Shown: piece by piece, positions 1-13,095 of the stretch
Position numbering within the stretch: position 1 is the stretch's first letter
How the letters are laid out: each line of letters begins with the position of its first letter
Source: Lama glama
Taxonomy: Eukaryota
Direction: 5' to 3'
Length of the DNA stretch: 64,000 nt
Assembly: GCA_028534125.1 (NCBI GenBank)
Contig: CM052817.1
Span: 66,714,001-66,778,000 of the forward strand
Made by a program: the position numbers and the translations under genes
Notes under the pieces: model-generated
Database searches by the model: none
What the model was told of the DNA's origin: nothing
What the model saw: the letters and a program-made list of their open reading frames with translations, nothing else

Positions 1-274
1 GAGGAAGGCTGAAAATTGGGATGCTTGATCCAAAAGTAATGAGAATCTCATTCTATAAAATCATTCCCTTTCTTCTCTATCTTTAGGCTGCGTATTGCTT
101 GTTTATAACTACTTTCTCTACATCCAAGCTACTCTTTATGGTCATTTAAAAACTCTTTAGGTGGCCCAGATCCTCACTTCTTGAAAACAACAAAACAAAA
201 CAAATCCAAGAACAGGGAGAATTAAATGGAACATCAAAGTGGGTATGTGCTTTGGAATTACATTTTCTGAGAAC

Positions 275-465
275 AAATTCTAGGTTTACTACTTAATTTC
301 ATGTGAAATCCTGGACAAAACACTCAATTTCTCTGTGCTCCAGTTCTCTCATCAATAAAATGTTGTTCTAGTAGCATCTGCTTCATAAGGTTGTTGTAAA
401 GAATAAATGTGATTAATGCATGTAAAGTGCTTAGCACTTTATCTGGCTCAGTAAATGTTAGCTCA
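275..465 (+). mobile_element. MIR SINE (ancient, degraded)
   Basis: MIR core-like text: ctctgtgctccagttctctcatcaataaaatg ... aaggttgttgtaaagaataaatg ... tgtaaagtgcttagcac ... taaatgttagct. Confidence 0.8.
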
Positions 466-699
466 TAGTAACAGGTCATTTAATTGCCTCACTAACAAAT
501 ACAGTGGGAAAGTATTAATGATGGGGGAAAGGCACAAGACTTTGTGTTCGGTTTTGCTGATTCTCTTTCCTAAGAGTCTTTATGTAGTCAGATAGGCATC
601 TTGAATCTTTAATATCTCATTCTCCATAGGCAAAGACTCATATTGGGCTTGATAAGAGTCTTCAGCTTAGCAATATGAATATGACACTTCAAAGGGGAC

Positions 700-1553
700 T
701 GTGCACTAGGGTCTTGCCAGGAAAAGAGATGCCACCCTCAAACTGGGCAGAGCTAGATAAAGTAAGCCAGAAAGAGAAAGGAAAATACCATATGAGATCG
801 CTCATATGTGAAATCTAAAAACAAAAACAAAAACAGAAAAACAAAGCATAAATACAAAACAGAAATAGACTCATAGACATAGAATACAAACTTGTGGTTA
901 CCAAGGGGGCAGAGGGTGGGAAAGGATAGACGGGATTTCAAAATTGTAGAATAGATAAACAAGATTATACTGTATAGCACAGGGAAATATACACAAGATA
1001 TTATGGTAGCTCACAGAGAAAAAAATGTGACAATGAATATATATATATGTTCATGTATAACTGAAAAATTTTGCTCTACACTGGAATTTGACACAATATT
1101 GTAAAATGATTATAAAATCAATAAAAAATTTTTTAAAAAAAGGACAATTTAGAAAGGTGTAGGCAAGGTTTGAGGAAGACCATAAGGGGTAATGCAGCTC
1201 TCCAGGGCTAGTATCAGCTGGCAGCCTTTGCTTTCTTAGGCTGAAAGGAGCAGGAGCTGGGGTGTAGACTCTGAACCTGGTGAGAGAACTGGAGACCATC
1301 CTATGAAATGAGCTGGCTGTTAGGAGACAGACACAGATAATCTAGGTGGCAGCAGGAAGGAGCTTTGAGCAAGAAAGATGCTGATCTCCTTTCATTCCTG
1401 CTTCAGCTGTCCTGCTGGTACCTCAGGTTGACTGAACCCAACTGGAAGCTTGCTACAGTCCACACAGGCCAGTCTCCCAGAGAAGAGACCAGGGTGGAGA
1501 AGGGTAGAGGAGGATCAGAAGTGAAAATAGAAGGGATCAAACCAATAGCCACA
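700..1553. mobile_element. Old MaLR LTR (MLT1K/L-like), split by a young L1
   Basis: TG start (tgtgcactagggtc, 700) and CA end (atagccaca, 1553); MLT1-like text accctcaaactggg ... aaaggacaatttagaaaggtgtaggcaagg resumes after the L1 tail. Confidence 0.6.
760..1141 (+). mobile_element. Young LINE-1, 5'-truncated (end of ORF2, 3'UTR, A-tail)
   Basis: aagtaagccagaaagag...ataccatatgagatc aligns closely with the L1 3' end at 44265-44650; aataaa followed by A-rich tail; only a short aaag possible TSD. Confidence 0.9.
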
Positions 1554-2779
1554 TTATTTTTTTATATTTTGAAGGTTCAAGCATTATTCAAGTAGTAGGC
1601 TGTCTCATATCCAGGGAAAGCCTGGGCTACTGACTATAGCCTTGCTAAGACCATTTCTTCCAAGAAGGCTTCCTCATAACAGGCAAAAGAGTCTTGCTGT
1701 CTTTTAAAAATCTCTAGTACTGTGTGTGTCCTAGTCATTGAACACAAGATATACTTCTTTGAATTCAATGTGCATTCACACCTCTCTATTACATTTTTAG
1801 CTCCTAAGGCAGAATTGGTGTTTTGCTCATATTTGTTTCCTTCAAAATACTTCACACAATGCCTCTTTTCAACTTTTTCCATCAAAAGCGTCTTGCTTTT
1901 AATACTTTGACCTGGTACTCTTAAGACTAAGGACAAGGCAAGGGACTATTAACATTTTGCTTATGTTGGTAAACTTGCTTCTAACAGTAATAAGAGTTCC
2001 CAATTTTGAAACCACTTTACGTGGACAAAAGAACTGAATATATGAGTAAGTCATACTTCATGAGAGAAAAAAGTTTCTTTCTTTCTTCTTTTTTTCTTTT
2101 TTTTTTTTGAAGACGCTAACCTCACAGCAGCAGGGAGAAAAATTATTCATGCCTCCTCAAATATAACCAGTTGTCACTGTCACTAGGATGGTCCTGTCTC
2201 TACCTGGATGATAATCCAGCATTTATAGCATAATTCGTGCCGCCATCCTTCCATGCAGTCTCTAAGACACAGAGCAGCAGCAAGAAGAATGATAAATTTG
2301 AAGTGGTATTGAGATGATTATCTCCCTAAATGGTATTGGTATGGTTGTTTCCCTTGTTCTGAAGTCTCTTGCTGTTTACCTGCTTCCTGCCTTAACAGTT
2401 ACTCCCGAAGTATTATTTATCATCAGTCCCTTCCTCCAGTCGAACTCCTCTTTCCTCATTACTCATTACTTCAGCCTTTTTGCTCTATTTCAGCAAAGTC
2501 ACTTGCTGGCTTCTCAGCAGGTGTGTACTTTGCTTCTGGTCCTTCATATGCATCTTATTAAAGGTCAAGAACCTTCTCTTTTTACCTCCCTGGGTGAAAA
2601 GGAAATGGGTGTTTCTGAGGTTTTGAGCAAGAATCTCAGCAGAATGGGAAAAAGCTACTTAATTAAGGCATGTTTCCCTAATTTTGGATTTGTGTTCTTG
2701 AATTTTGGAACCTGTAGGTAGTATTTCAGATTTTTCCTTAAAGTTTTAAAAAATATTCCTAACAGGGTTTATTAGTTTA

Positions 2780-3430
2780 GGCTATTGCATATTTTGGATC
2801 TTGATTATGCTCTCAAACATATCCATTACTTTTCCAATTTCTGTTTATTTGTAAATTTTCTAATCAGATAGTCAAATTTTTCATCCGGATGTTGGTGAAA
2901 GCATCAAAATAGACAATTTATTATAGATTGAATTTTCTCTGTTAAACAACACTCTTTGTTATCATTATTCATCTAGCTAATAATTCACTCACTTGTAATA
3001 TTATACATATCACATTTCTCCATCGAATCAGTATGTACATCAATTAAAAGTTTCAAAGGTCTTGCCGAAACCCCAGTGAAACATTTTATGCTACCCTGGT
3101 TGTCAAGAAAGGATATTAGGTTAACTTGTATGGCTTTTGCTTTATAAGACCAGGCTGGCCCTTGGTCATTAACACTTATAAATGATCACACACTGTACTA
3201 ATGATTTGTTCATTTTTTTTGCCAGCAGTTGAAATAAACTTTATAAACCTGTAGCTTCTAGAAAATGTATTTGGAAAATGGAAAAGTGGCTTGCTAATCT
3301 CCAGTCTTCTGTTATTCTTCTTTATTCACCACAATGTCTCAAATGCTGACATTTGTCTTGCATTGCACTTGCAAATCCTCTTAGTATTCAGGGATGAAAT
3401 TTACCCTGGTTAGATCCATGTGAACTTAAA
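2780..3430 (-). mobile_element. L3/CR1 LINE fragment (ancient)
   Basis: gtcaagaaaggatattaggttaacttgtatggcttttgctttataagaccaggctggc resembles antisense CR1 RT region; heavily decayed. Confidence 0.5.
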
Positions 3431-4059
3431 GCGAGCAAAAAAACTAACTAACCTGATGGAAGCTCTTCAACTCTCATGTCACCAACTTTTTATTTCAATC
3501 CTTTTTTTTTTTATCATGTAAGCATTAAACTTGCTCTCTGTTAGACTCAACAGTAGTCTGTAAGTTAAGATGAAAAATTGGATGCTAGCTAACATCCATA
3601 GTGAGGGGAAGGGTAGCTAGCAAATTCATGAACTATGTTTGTCTAGCCCTGAATTTGAAATTCTAATTATTTAAAGACCCTTTTACTTACAAGGTTACTG
3701 AAAACATAGAAATAACTTTGTTTTTAACAGGAGCACTTGATTAAAACTCACATTTCTATGAAATGTTGTCTTAGATTTGTTGAAGAGCTAAATAGGAGCT
3801 TCATGGTGACCTACTTCTTCTCTCATAGACATGAGAAAATAGTGAGTGAGAGGGGGTGTTGGTCTGGTCTAAAACTCACCTGACACCAGCTCACTCTCTC
3901 TTTGCTACAGTATGCTTGTGACCATATGTGAGGAATTAATAAGTGGATAGAAATAATAGCAAGCTAATTATCATTATCATATACATTAATTACATTATCA
4001 TGTAATTGTATTTCTCAAATAGGTGTGGAATAAACTTTGGAATTCTTGTATTTTTTATT

Positions 4060-5552
4060 ATTTAAAAACTAAAAAACTATTTACTTATTTATTTTACAGT
4101 TTGATCCCCTTTATCCATTTCTCCCATCCCCACCCCTCATCTCTGGCAACCACTAATCTGTTCTCTATTGATGGAGGGTTTTTTAAAATGATTTTACACA
4201 GAAGAGATTGTACTGTATTTGTCTTTGACTTACTTCACTTATCATGATGCTCTCAAGGTCCCTCCATATTGTTGCAAATGACAAAATTTCATTCTTTTTT
4301 ATGTCAAAATAATATTATATATATATATTATATATATATATATACATCACATCTTTTTAACTTATTCATCTGTTAATGAACACATAGATTGCTTTCATAT
4401 CTTGGCTATCGTAAATCATGCTGTAATGTACATAAAAGTGAATATAGCTTTTACAGTTAATGTTTTTATTATATTCAGATAAATACCCAGAAGTGGAATT
4501 GCTGAATCATATGACAAATCTATGTTTAATTTTGGGTGGATCCTCCATACTGTTTTCCATAGTGACTGTACCAATTTACATTCCCACCAAAAATGCAAAC
4601 AAAAGGCGTTCCCTTTTTCTCCATGCCTTTGCCAACACTTGTTGTTTTTTGTCTTTTTGATAATAGCCATTCTAACAGGTGTGATGTGATGTCTCATTGG
4701 ATTTTGATTTGCATTTCCCTGATAATTAAGAATGTCGAGCACCTTTGCGTGTACCTGTTGGTCATCTGTATATCTTCTTTGGAAACATGTCTATTCAAAT
4801 TCTCTGCCCATTTTTTAATTAGATTGTTTGATTTTTTTCTCTTTTGCTACTGAGTTGTATGAGTTCTTTATGTATTTTGGATATGAGCCCCTTATCAGGT
4901 ATATGATTTGCAAATATTTCTTAACAGTCAATAGGTTGCTTTTTCATTTTGTTGATGGATTTCTTTGATGTGCAGAAGATTTTTAGTTTTACATAGTCCC
5001 TCTTGTTTGTTTTTGCTTTTGTTGTCTTTACTTTTGGTGTCAGATCCAAAAAGTCATCACCAAGACCTATGTCAAGGAAGGTTACCGCCTATATTTTCTT
5101 CTAGGAGTTTTCTGGTGTCAGGTCTTACATTCAAGCCTTTAAGAAATTTTGAATTAATTTGTTTCTGATGTAAGGTAGTAGTCTAGTTTCATTTTTTGCG
5201 TGTGGCTGTCTGGTTTTCACAACACTTTCTTAAAAAGATCCTCTGTTTCCTATTGTATATTTTGACCCCTTTGTTGTAAATTAATTGACCATATTTGTGG
5301 GGTTTATTTCTGGGCTCTCTATTCCATTCCATTGATCTATATGTCTGTTTTTATGCCAACGTCATGCTGTTTTATTTACTACATCTATATCTATGTCTAT
5401 GTCTATGTCTTTGTCTATGTCTATGTCTATGTCTATATCTATATATTTTAAAATTTACTATAGCTTTGTAATTGAGTTTGAAATCAGGGTGTATGATGCT
5501 TCTAGCTTTCTTGTTTCTCAAAATTGCTTTGTCTATTTGAGGCCTTTGTGTG
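4060..5552 (-). mobile_element. Older LINE-1 (L1MA-like), 3'UTR plus ORF2 C-terminal part
   Basis: Minus ORF 4416-4742 reads [22 protein letters not shown]...WWECKLVQSLWKTVWR, the L1 ORF2 C-terminal Cys-rich region; interrupted by (TA)n and (CTATGT)n. Confidence 0.92.
5385..5446. repeat. (CTATRT)n hexamer microsatellite inside the L1
   Basis: ctatatctatgtctatgtctatgtctttgtctatgtctatgtctatgtctatatctatatat. Confidence 0.95.
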
Positions 5553-7521
5553 TTTTTAAAAAGTTTACTCTATATTTTTGTTTGAAGATTATTGTGCTTA
5601 AAACAAAGAAGAAAACAAACTGAGAGACCCGATTCTCCTTGTTCTTTCTTAGTAATGTATTGTAGTGTAATAGATAGTCCCAAGTAGTGAGCTTCTTGCT
5701 TTTTTGTTTTGTTGTGACTGTATTGTTTATTATCTCCTCACCTCTCAAAGAACAAGCCCAAAATTCCTACAAAAAGCCAAGCCAAAACACAAAGTAATAA
5801 ACAAAGCCAAATTAAAATTAATCTCCTTCAGTTGGGAAATCTGGTCCTGGGTGATGAAGGCCCAGGGAGCAGGGCTGCTTCTAACCTGACTGCTGGGGTT
5901 CCCATGGCATTCAGCTATTTTTGTAATGTTTATCCTGCTTTTTTTTTTATGTTTATGCACCTTTAAAATGTACTTAGATGACTTTTATGTGTACTAATAA
6001 TATTCTTCTTTTGTGGGTTAAGAATAAAACTGTACTGTCCCAAGAGCCCAGACCTATAATGATAATAGCAAGCATTAGCAGAGAGATGTTCTCTCGGGTC
6101 TGTTTACCCAATATCAGTTTGATTTGATAATCTCACCATAGTATCATTTACAGATCCTAAAATTAGCTGCTTCCTTTTTAATTTTACTTCTCAACATTTG
6201 ACTCTGTTGCTTCCTTCTTAGTTCAACACGATAAAATTCCAAGTTTTATTTTTCAAGTCTTTCAACAGCAACACCTAAGGATTTTAGCATAAAGAAAAAA
6301 TATGTGCATGGAAAGGTTATATTATGCTATGCTCCTTCATTTGTGTTATGTTTATTGAGGGGGTGTGTGTGTGTGTTCTAAGTTTGAATCTTTGGTCCAG
6401 TTAGTTGATTTTTGTAAACAGTGACCTTGATATGGTAAGCAGTAGATTTGTGCATTCATTCAACATACTAAAACACAGGTGCTGAATAGGAGTACTTGGT
6501 CTTCCTCAATGATTCCACCTCTGATATACAATTTCCGGAAACTGCATTTTTTTCTTATCAAACTGAACACTGAGAAACAATTTAATAATGTTTTCAACTG
6601 TAAGAAAATCCTTTAAGCAGAGCATAGTATTTGTTTATTTTTCACTTTATGCTGAAGAAAGACGAAGAATTGGCATTGAACAATGCATAAAGGATTGAAA
6701 TATATTTTGAGGAAAAATTCTCAACAATGAGGGTTATTAAATTTTAGGAGGATGTTCTGTTTTCAGGGAATTCAGGTGAGGAGAGAGAAGGTAGAAGTGG
6801 GGTCATTGAGAGATAGTATTTGAAGTGGGAAATTAATATCCTATAATTTTCAGAGGGGCTTTCCCAATAGAATATATTGAAAAAAGTTTAGATTATATTC
6901 CCTCTGGGAATTCAAGGAGGATATTTATATTCCAAATGTGCAGGAATAGGCTAGGGATAGAAACAGAAGTCGGGGTGGTAAGCCATCAGTGGGATGGAGA
7001 CAGAAAACAGGGGACACTTCTTTGAGTTCCTCTGTGTTCTGATGTAGAACTTTGAGGAATATGAGAATTATAAATCTGAACCTGTCTTTCCAGGTTTTAG
7101 GAAAGGTATATTTTTCAAGGTGTCAGGGTAGGGCATATTGTATTTAGAGGTTTGTAAGCTCCATGTATAATTTGTAAGCATCTACTTGTATGCTTTGTGG
7201 ATGTCCATTTGTACTCTTATCCAGGTTCCACAATATGTTAGGGGTGGGTCTGGTAACATCAATTCTTTTATTGTCATTTTCTTCTCTCTGTGTTAGAAAC
7301 AGTATAAGGAAGCTGGACTTACGGTTGACATCGACAGTATGATCAAAGAATTTATTTAATCTTCGTTTATTTCAAGTTTGAGGAGAGATGTGAAGACTTT
7401 AATCACTGACCTCAGAGGTAGGGGCAGCAGGAATCCAGAGTATTGGCACCTGGGGAGAGGAGGCACTGTCTACATGTGTAGGTCTCTGGGTTCAGATTAC
7501 TTCAGCATTTTTGGACCATGA

Positions 7522-7660
7522 TTGTGCCAGCTCGGGTCTTCCCGGAAACATATGCTAAGATTAAGTTAGAAGTGTAAGAGATTTATTGGAGAAATAGCCT
7601 GGTGAGGAAAAGGGGCAGAGTAAGCAGGAGCAGGTGGGGAAAGCCTTCAGAAGATGCTAT
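7522..7660 (-). mobile_element. ERVL LTR fragment (LTR16/LTR33-like)
   Basis: tgtgccagctcgggtcttcccggaaacatatgctaag...aagtgtaagagatttattggag resembles the terminus of this LTR group. Confidence 0.45.
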
Positions 7661-8382
7661 TATTTTGAAAGCACAAAATAGTTTCCCTAAGAAATTAACC
7701 CCCAACCCCTCCACCTCATTAGAAATGCAGTTGTTTATCAAAGCTTAACAGAGATTAGTACATGATTTTAAAATTCAATTTCAGTCTTCATTTTTCCAGA
7801 TATACTCAGAATCAACAGTTTAACTTGCCCTCAAATAGTCTTTTTAATGTTATTTTATTGGTATTAGTTGCTGTGTTTCTATAAGTATATAAAATATAGT
7901 TTGTAGAGATTCTTTAATTTTCTGTAGGTGGCATCTATTTAAATATATTGGGAAATTAATTAATACCGTTGAATAGTTCTGAACTGAATATGAATACATT
8001 TAACAAATAGATTTATTGCCTTAAGTATAAAGATATTGTGTGCTAAGGCCTTTTTCATTTTGGGGAAGAGATTTACTTAATAGAGAAATATGTGTTTATA
8101 ATCATCACCTTTCAGAATTTGGTAATCCTGGTGAAAATAGATAAGCTTATTTAGTTTGGTTCTGCTTTTTTTTTTTTTTGTCCTATTGTTTTTCTTTCTT
8201 TTTCTGTTTTTCCCCCTTGGTTATGTAAACCAATATTATATAAATCATATTTTACTTACATTTTCCCAAGCAGCACTTTGATATAAAGTGCCTATAGTAT
8301 TCTTATTTAACAAGGTATTTCTGTGTAATCATAATGTTAACTGTGTGGTCAAAAACATATTAACTGACCTATGGTATTATTT

Positions 8383-8408
8383 ACACACACACACACACAC
8401 ACACACAC
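8383..8408. repeat. (AC)13 microsatellite
   Basis: Perfect AC run. Confidence 0.98.
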
Positions 8409-9254
8409 CCCTCTTACGCTTCACTTTAAATGAACAATTCCTGCTTGTGGTGTTTAACTTACTTTTGAAGGTCAGTTCAAGAAATTGTTTCTCAGACTTC
8501 CCTGAGTTGCAACTTTAGGGACATTTTTGATATTGGCAACAATACTTTTATAGAGAAGGTAATGTAAAAATCAAGATGAAATAATACCAGTCATCAACAA
8601 AAATATGTGAAAGTTGTGGCCTTGAGAAATCATTTTTGGGACTGGAACATGCTTTGAAAACAAAACAGGCTACCATACTTTTAGATGTTGCAAGTAAGTG
8701 AAATAGAAAAATCAATTTGAATCTTTGGTTGTCAAATTGATATGCTGTATCTGTTTCCTAATGGATTATAAAAGAATATTTTTTCAGAAAGAACTACTCT
8801 TCAGATTTTTCAGAAAGAACTCTGAGAAAGATTCTCTTCTTTCCATTTTTGCTATGAGTTTATAACAGCTGTAGGTGGCAAAGTAACCAAATTGTGCCTT
8901 AGGATTTACACAGAATTTAATAGCTGTTTGTCTCATAAGTTCATGGTGTGGTAAAGCTATGCCTAGCTTGGAACACAACAATATTTGAGCTTTCTGTATA
9001 TTACACAGAATGATTTCTTTTCTGCTCTTCCTAGCTGGGAGAGTGCACATAGTAAGAATTGTAATTTCCACTTTTCCAGTGGGGAAATCAAGACTGAGAA
9101 AGGTTGAAGTGATTTGCTAGGGATTGCAAATATCATATGCAGTTATGCCTGGAATGTTAACCCATCTTCTGATAGTTGTTTCTAACTATATTGAGTATGA
9201 AACTATATTTGAGTCTTGTTCAAAACAAGTCAACCTATACATAAATGTAAAATG

Positions 9255-10990
9255 TATCATTAGTTTACTTAGCAAATATTTGTTGAATGCCTCCTATATT
9301 TCAGACACTGTTCTCATGCTCTATGTTCATCAGTGAACACAACTGGCACAAATTCCTGTTTTTGTAAACATTACATTGTAATTGGAGGAGATGCATAACA
9401 AACCATAAAATAGTAAATAACTATATAAGATGTTTGGAGTGATAACTGTTTTGGAGAAAAATAGAACAAAGTAAAGGGAATTGGGAATCAAATGCAGATC
9501 GGTCAGAGGTCACCCTATTGATGAATTGACATGTGAGCCAAGATTTAAAAGAGATGTGAGGTTGAGTCATGTGGCTGTGAGGGAGAAGAGCAGAGACAAC
9601 AGCTAGTGCAAAACATAGTCAGATGCTGATTGGAAATGCAAGAGGAGTGAATGAGAGGAGAGAATGGAAGATAAAGTAGAGGAGTGGCAGCAGGAATGAG
9701 AGAGGAAGGTGATGGACAGCCTTAGGGGTTCTTACAGTGACCAAGACTTTTTACTCTAAGGGAAACATGGAGGCACTGGAGGGTTTGAGCAGGTATGTGA
9801 TGTGTTCTCACTTAGGATGAAAGGAATACTCTGGTTGCTTATGTTGAGAACAGAGCATAGGGAGCACAGGTGGAAGCAGAAAGAGTCATTAGAATATTAC
9901 TGCTACAATGCAGGTGAGAGATGCTAGTGGCAAGAATCAGGGTGGTAGCAGTGAAGGTGGAGAGAAGTGTCTAGATTTGAAATATGCCAGTGTTTTCAAG
10001 AGACAGCCAATAGGATTTCTGGATAGGCTAGATATGGGATGTGAGAGAAAGTGAGGTGTTAAGCATGACTCTTTCAATTTTGTCCTGAACTTCTGGAAGT
10101 ACGGAGCTGCCATTAACTGCAATGGGGAAGATGCAGGTCAAACCAGTTTTAGGGGAAAGATCAGGAATTTCAGCTTGAGATGCTTGAACGATGTACAGAT
10201 GGAGATAGTGAGTAGTGTTTAGATATAACCTGTCCCAAGCTGGAAATATCAAATTGCATTGTATTTAAAGGCATGACACTGACTAAGGTGATCTAGGAAT
10301 AAGTGTAGATTGAGAAAAGAATAGGACAAAGGGCTGAACCTTGAGCATTCTAATCTTTTGAAGTGAATTGAGGAGATTGATAAGGAGGGATGAGCACAGA
10401 AGACTGAGAAGGAGTCGGCCAGTGAGGTAGAAGGAAACCTAGGGTGGTGTCTCAAAAGCCAAGTGAAAAAGTGTTTCCAGAAAGAGAGAGTGGTATAAGA
10501 CAAATGCTGCTGACAGGTCAGGTCACATGAGAGCATTGACTGCTGGATCAAGTAATGTGGGGGTCATTTGTAACTCAACAAAAGTAATTTTGGTGGAGTA
10601 TTGTGGGCAATACTCTGACTGCAGTAGATTTTATAGAGCATAGGAAGAGATTTATTGGAAACAGTAGGTATGGCCAATTTCAAGGAGATTTACTATAAAG
10701 AAATACAGAGAAATGCATAGTTGCTGAAGGGTGAAGGGGGCACACAAAAGTTTTTTCATGTTTGTTTTAAGATAGGAGAAATAACATTTTGTATGTTGAT
10801 AAGAATGATCCAAAATAGAAAAATTAGTGATACAGGAGAAAGAAGGGAGATTTTTTATGTTTTAATAAGTGAGAGGGGATGGGGTCTGGTGCACAAGTAG
10901 CTGGACTGCTGCTAGAAGGAGCACAGGTGGTTTATCTACCAGGAAGAAAGGCAGACAGACGTGAGGATGCAGGTGCTGGTAGGGTCTAGT
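9255..10990 (-). mobile_element. L2 LINE (~1.7 kb, L2a-like)
   Basis: Begins with the reverse complement of the L2 3' end (agcaaatatttgttgaatgcctcctatat...cactgttct); purine-rich antisense body with caaatgctgctgacaggtca typical of L2 RT region. Confidence 0.85.
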
Positions 10991-11537
10991 GGTGAAAGGA
11001 AAAGCCTTCAGGTCCTGACTATCTAAAACCCTACTCCCATAATCTATTTGGCACATATTCTTGATGATACTTCTGGGTGGAGATTGAAATTTTCCCACTA
11101 GAACTCAGATGTGAAAAAATGCGAAGGAAATGAAAAGTGCTTATTTTAAAATGGATCTTCTTGAGCCTCCCTCAGGCTGAAAGTGGGGGAAACAACCCAA
11201 GCACAGCACCTATGTGTGGTTCTGGGTTATCTTGGTCTATACTGTGGGCTTTTGTATTAATCCCAAATGGTTCTTTGTGCCTCTGCTCCTGCTGTGTTCT
11301 CAGTATCACTGCATCCCAACAGTGTATAGCATGGAAACTTCTAGTTCTCCATATGTTCTATGTGCAGACTACTGGGTTCTGGAGCTTGAACTCAGGCAGA
11401 ACGGGTGCCCTAATGAGCTTAGAATAAGCTGCTAAACTGACCTCAGGATTTTCCTAGCAGGGTGGCTGAGAATATCCAGTAGAATTGAATAGCTTAAAGT
11501 CAAGGGTCGAATGATACTGGGTAGATGTAGGGTAGAC

Positions 11538-11605
11538 CAGGGCATCAGTATTTTAAAAATCTCTTTAGGCATTTCTAAAGTACAACCAGAATTGAGAAAC
11601 ATTGT
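11538..11605. mobile_element. MER5-like hAT-Charlie fragment
   Basis: gggcatcagtattttaaaaatctc...ccagaattgagaaacattg is a MER5A-type terminus. Confidence 0.55.
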
Positions 11606-11621
11606 CTTTAAGACCAGCAGA

Positions 11622-12390
11622 TAGGAGCACCTAAGTACATACAAGAATTACTAACAGAGATAAAGGGGGATATTGATGGGAATACAATCATAGTTGGAGA
11701 TTTTAACACTGCATTAACATCACTAGACAGATCTTCCAGACAGAAAATAAACNNNNNNNNNNNNNNNNNNNNNNNNNNNNNNNNNNNNNNNNNNNNNNNN
11801 NNNNNNNNNNNNNNNNNNNNNNNNNNNNNNNNNNNNNNNNNNNNNNNNNNNNNNNNNNNNNNNNNNNNNNNNNNNNNNNNNNNNNNNNNNNNNNNNNNNN
11901 NNNNNNNNNNNNNNNNNNNNNNNNNNNNNNNNNNNNNNNNNNNNNNNNNNNNNNNNNNNNNNNNNNNNNNNNNNNNNNNNNNNNNNNNNNNNNNNNNNNN
12001 NNNNNNNNNNNNNNNNNNNNNNNNNNNNNNNNNNNNNNNNNNNNNNNNNNNNNNNNNNNNNNNNNNNNNNNNNNNNNNNNNNNNNNNNNNNNNNNNNNNN
12101 NNNNNNNNNNNNNNNNNNNNNNNNNNNNNNNNNNNNNNNNNNNNNNNNNNNNNNNNNNNNNNNNNNNNNNNNNNNNNNNNNNNNNNNNNNNNNNNNNNNN
12201 NNNNNNNNNNNNNNNNNNNNNNNNNNNNNNNNNNNNNNNNNNNNNNNNNNNNTATGATAACTCACAGAGAAAAAAATGTGACAATGAGTGTGTATATGTC
12301 CATGAATGACTGAAAAATTGTGCTGAACACTGGAATTTGACACAACACTGTAAAATGATTATGAATCAATAAAAAATGTAAAAAAAAAAA
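11622..12390 (+). mobile_element. Young LINE-1 with 12-bp TSD, interrupted by assembly gap
   Basis: 5' part translates GAPKYIQELLTEIKGDIDGNTIIVGDFNTALTSLDRSSRQKIN (ORF2 endonuclease, GDFN motif); 3'UTR and poly(A) after the gap; TSD aagaccagcaga at 11610-11621 and 12391-12402. Confidence 0.95.
11753..12252. other. Assembly gap (500 N)
   Basis: Run of N. Confidence 1.
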
Positions 12391-12542
12391 AAGACCAGCA
12401 GAATCTCTGAGGCTTAGCCCAGGGACAGCTTCTTAATTCCTACTATTTTTAAGGTCATCCACACCTACATGTTTCTGTGCTTCCTATTCCAAGGTGTGGC
12501 CCCAAGGGTGAGTGTAAACAGGGACCACGCAATTAACTTTTT

Positions 12543-12672
12543 ATTTTTTATTTTTTGGGAGGAGAAAGTAATTAGGTTTGTTTGTTTGTTTTTAATGGAG
12601 TTACTGGGGATTGACTTCAGGACCTCCTGCATGCTAAGCACGCACTCTACTACTGAGGTATACTCTCCTCCC
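12543..12672 (-). mobile_element. tRNA-derived camelid SINE (Vic-1 type), long form
   Basis: Reverse complement gggaggagagtatacctcagtagtagagtgcgtgcttagcatgcaggaggtcctgaagtcaatcccc + (caaa)n linker + cctaattac + A-tail; TSD taacttttt at 12534-12542 and 12673-12681. Confidence 0.9.
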
Positions 12673-12884
12673 TAACTTTTTTTTTTATCAACTCTTCATC
12701 TCTTGGAGTGAGAGAGGGGAGGATTTCTATTTACTCTCCAATGAGGAGGTTCTCTTTTAGATTATATGTGTGATCTACAGGCACAAAGCTTCACAGTTCA
12801 GCTATAATGACAGAAGGAGTAACCCTGCTACACTGAGGAGCTAAGTACCTGTGTGCTTGCGTGCACACACACGCACACATACAC

Positions 12885-13095
12885 AGGCTCAGACTTTCTG
12901 ATTTCAAATATTGGGTCCATCACCACTAGTGGTATAATCATGGTCAAATTAACTTAATCTTTGTACTTTATAGAGATAAACTCAGGGTTGTTGTGAAGAT
13001 TAATATGAAAATACAATAAAGCTCTTAGAATAATACTTAGAACATGAGAATAGTCCCTGAAATACAGTAGACATTGACTGAATGTTAGCAATTAT
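12885..13095 (+). mobile_element. MIR SINE
   Basis: ctcagggttgttgtgaagattaa...aaagctcttagaata...aatgttagcaattatt. Confidence 0.7.

Noticed and set aside
3988..4007. Hairpin aattacat-tatc-atgtaatt
   Set aside because: An 8-bp AT-rich stem is expected by chance and is too short for a pre-miRNA.
8780..8821. Short direct repeats (also near 25629, 34412, 50389, 62292)
   Set aside because: Ordinary slippage micro-duplications with no further structure.
11137..11435. Two overlapping Cys-rich, hydrophobic ORFs
   Set aside because: No defensin or chemokine Cys spacing and no exon structure; T/G-rich DNA yields such peptides by chance.
11703..12343. 193- and 206-aa ORFs (also 43548-44081)
   Set aside because: Artefacts of translating through N gaps.
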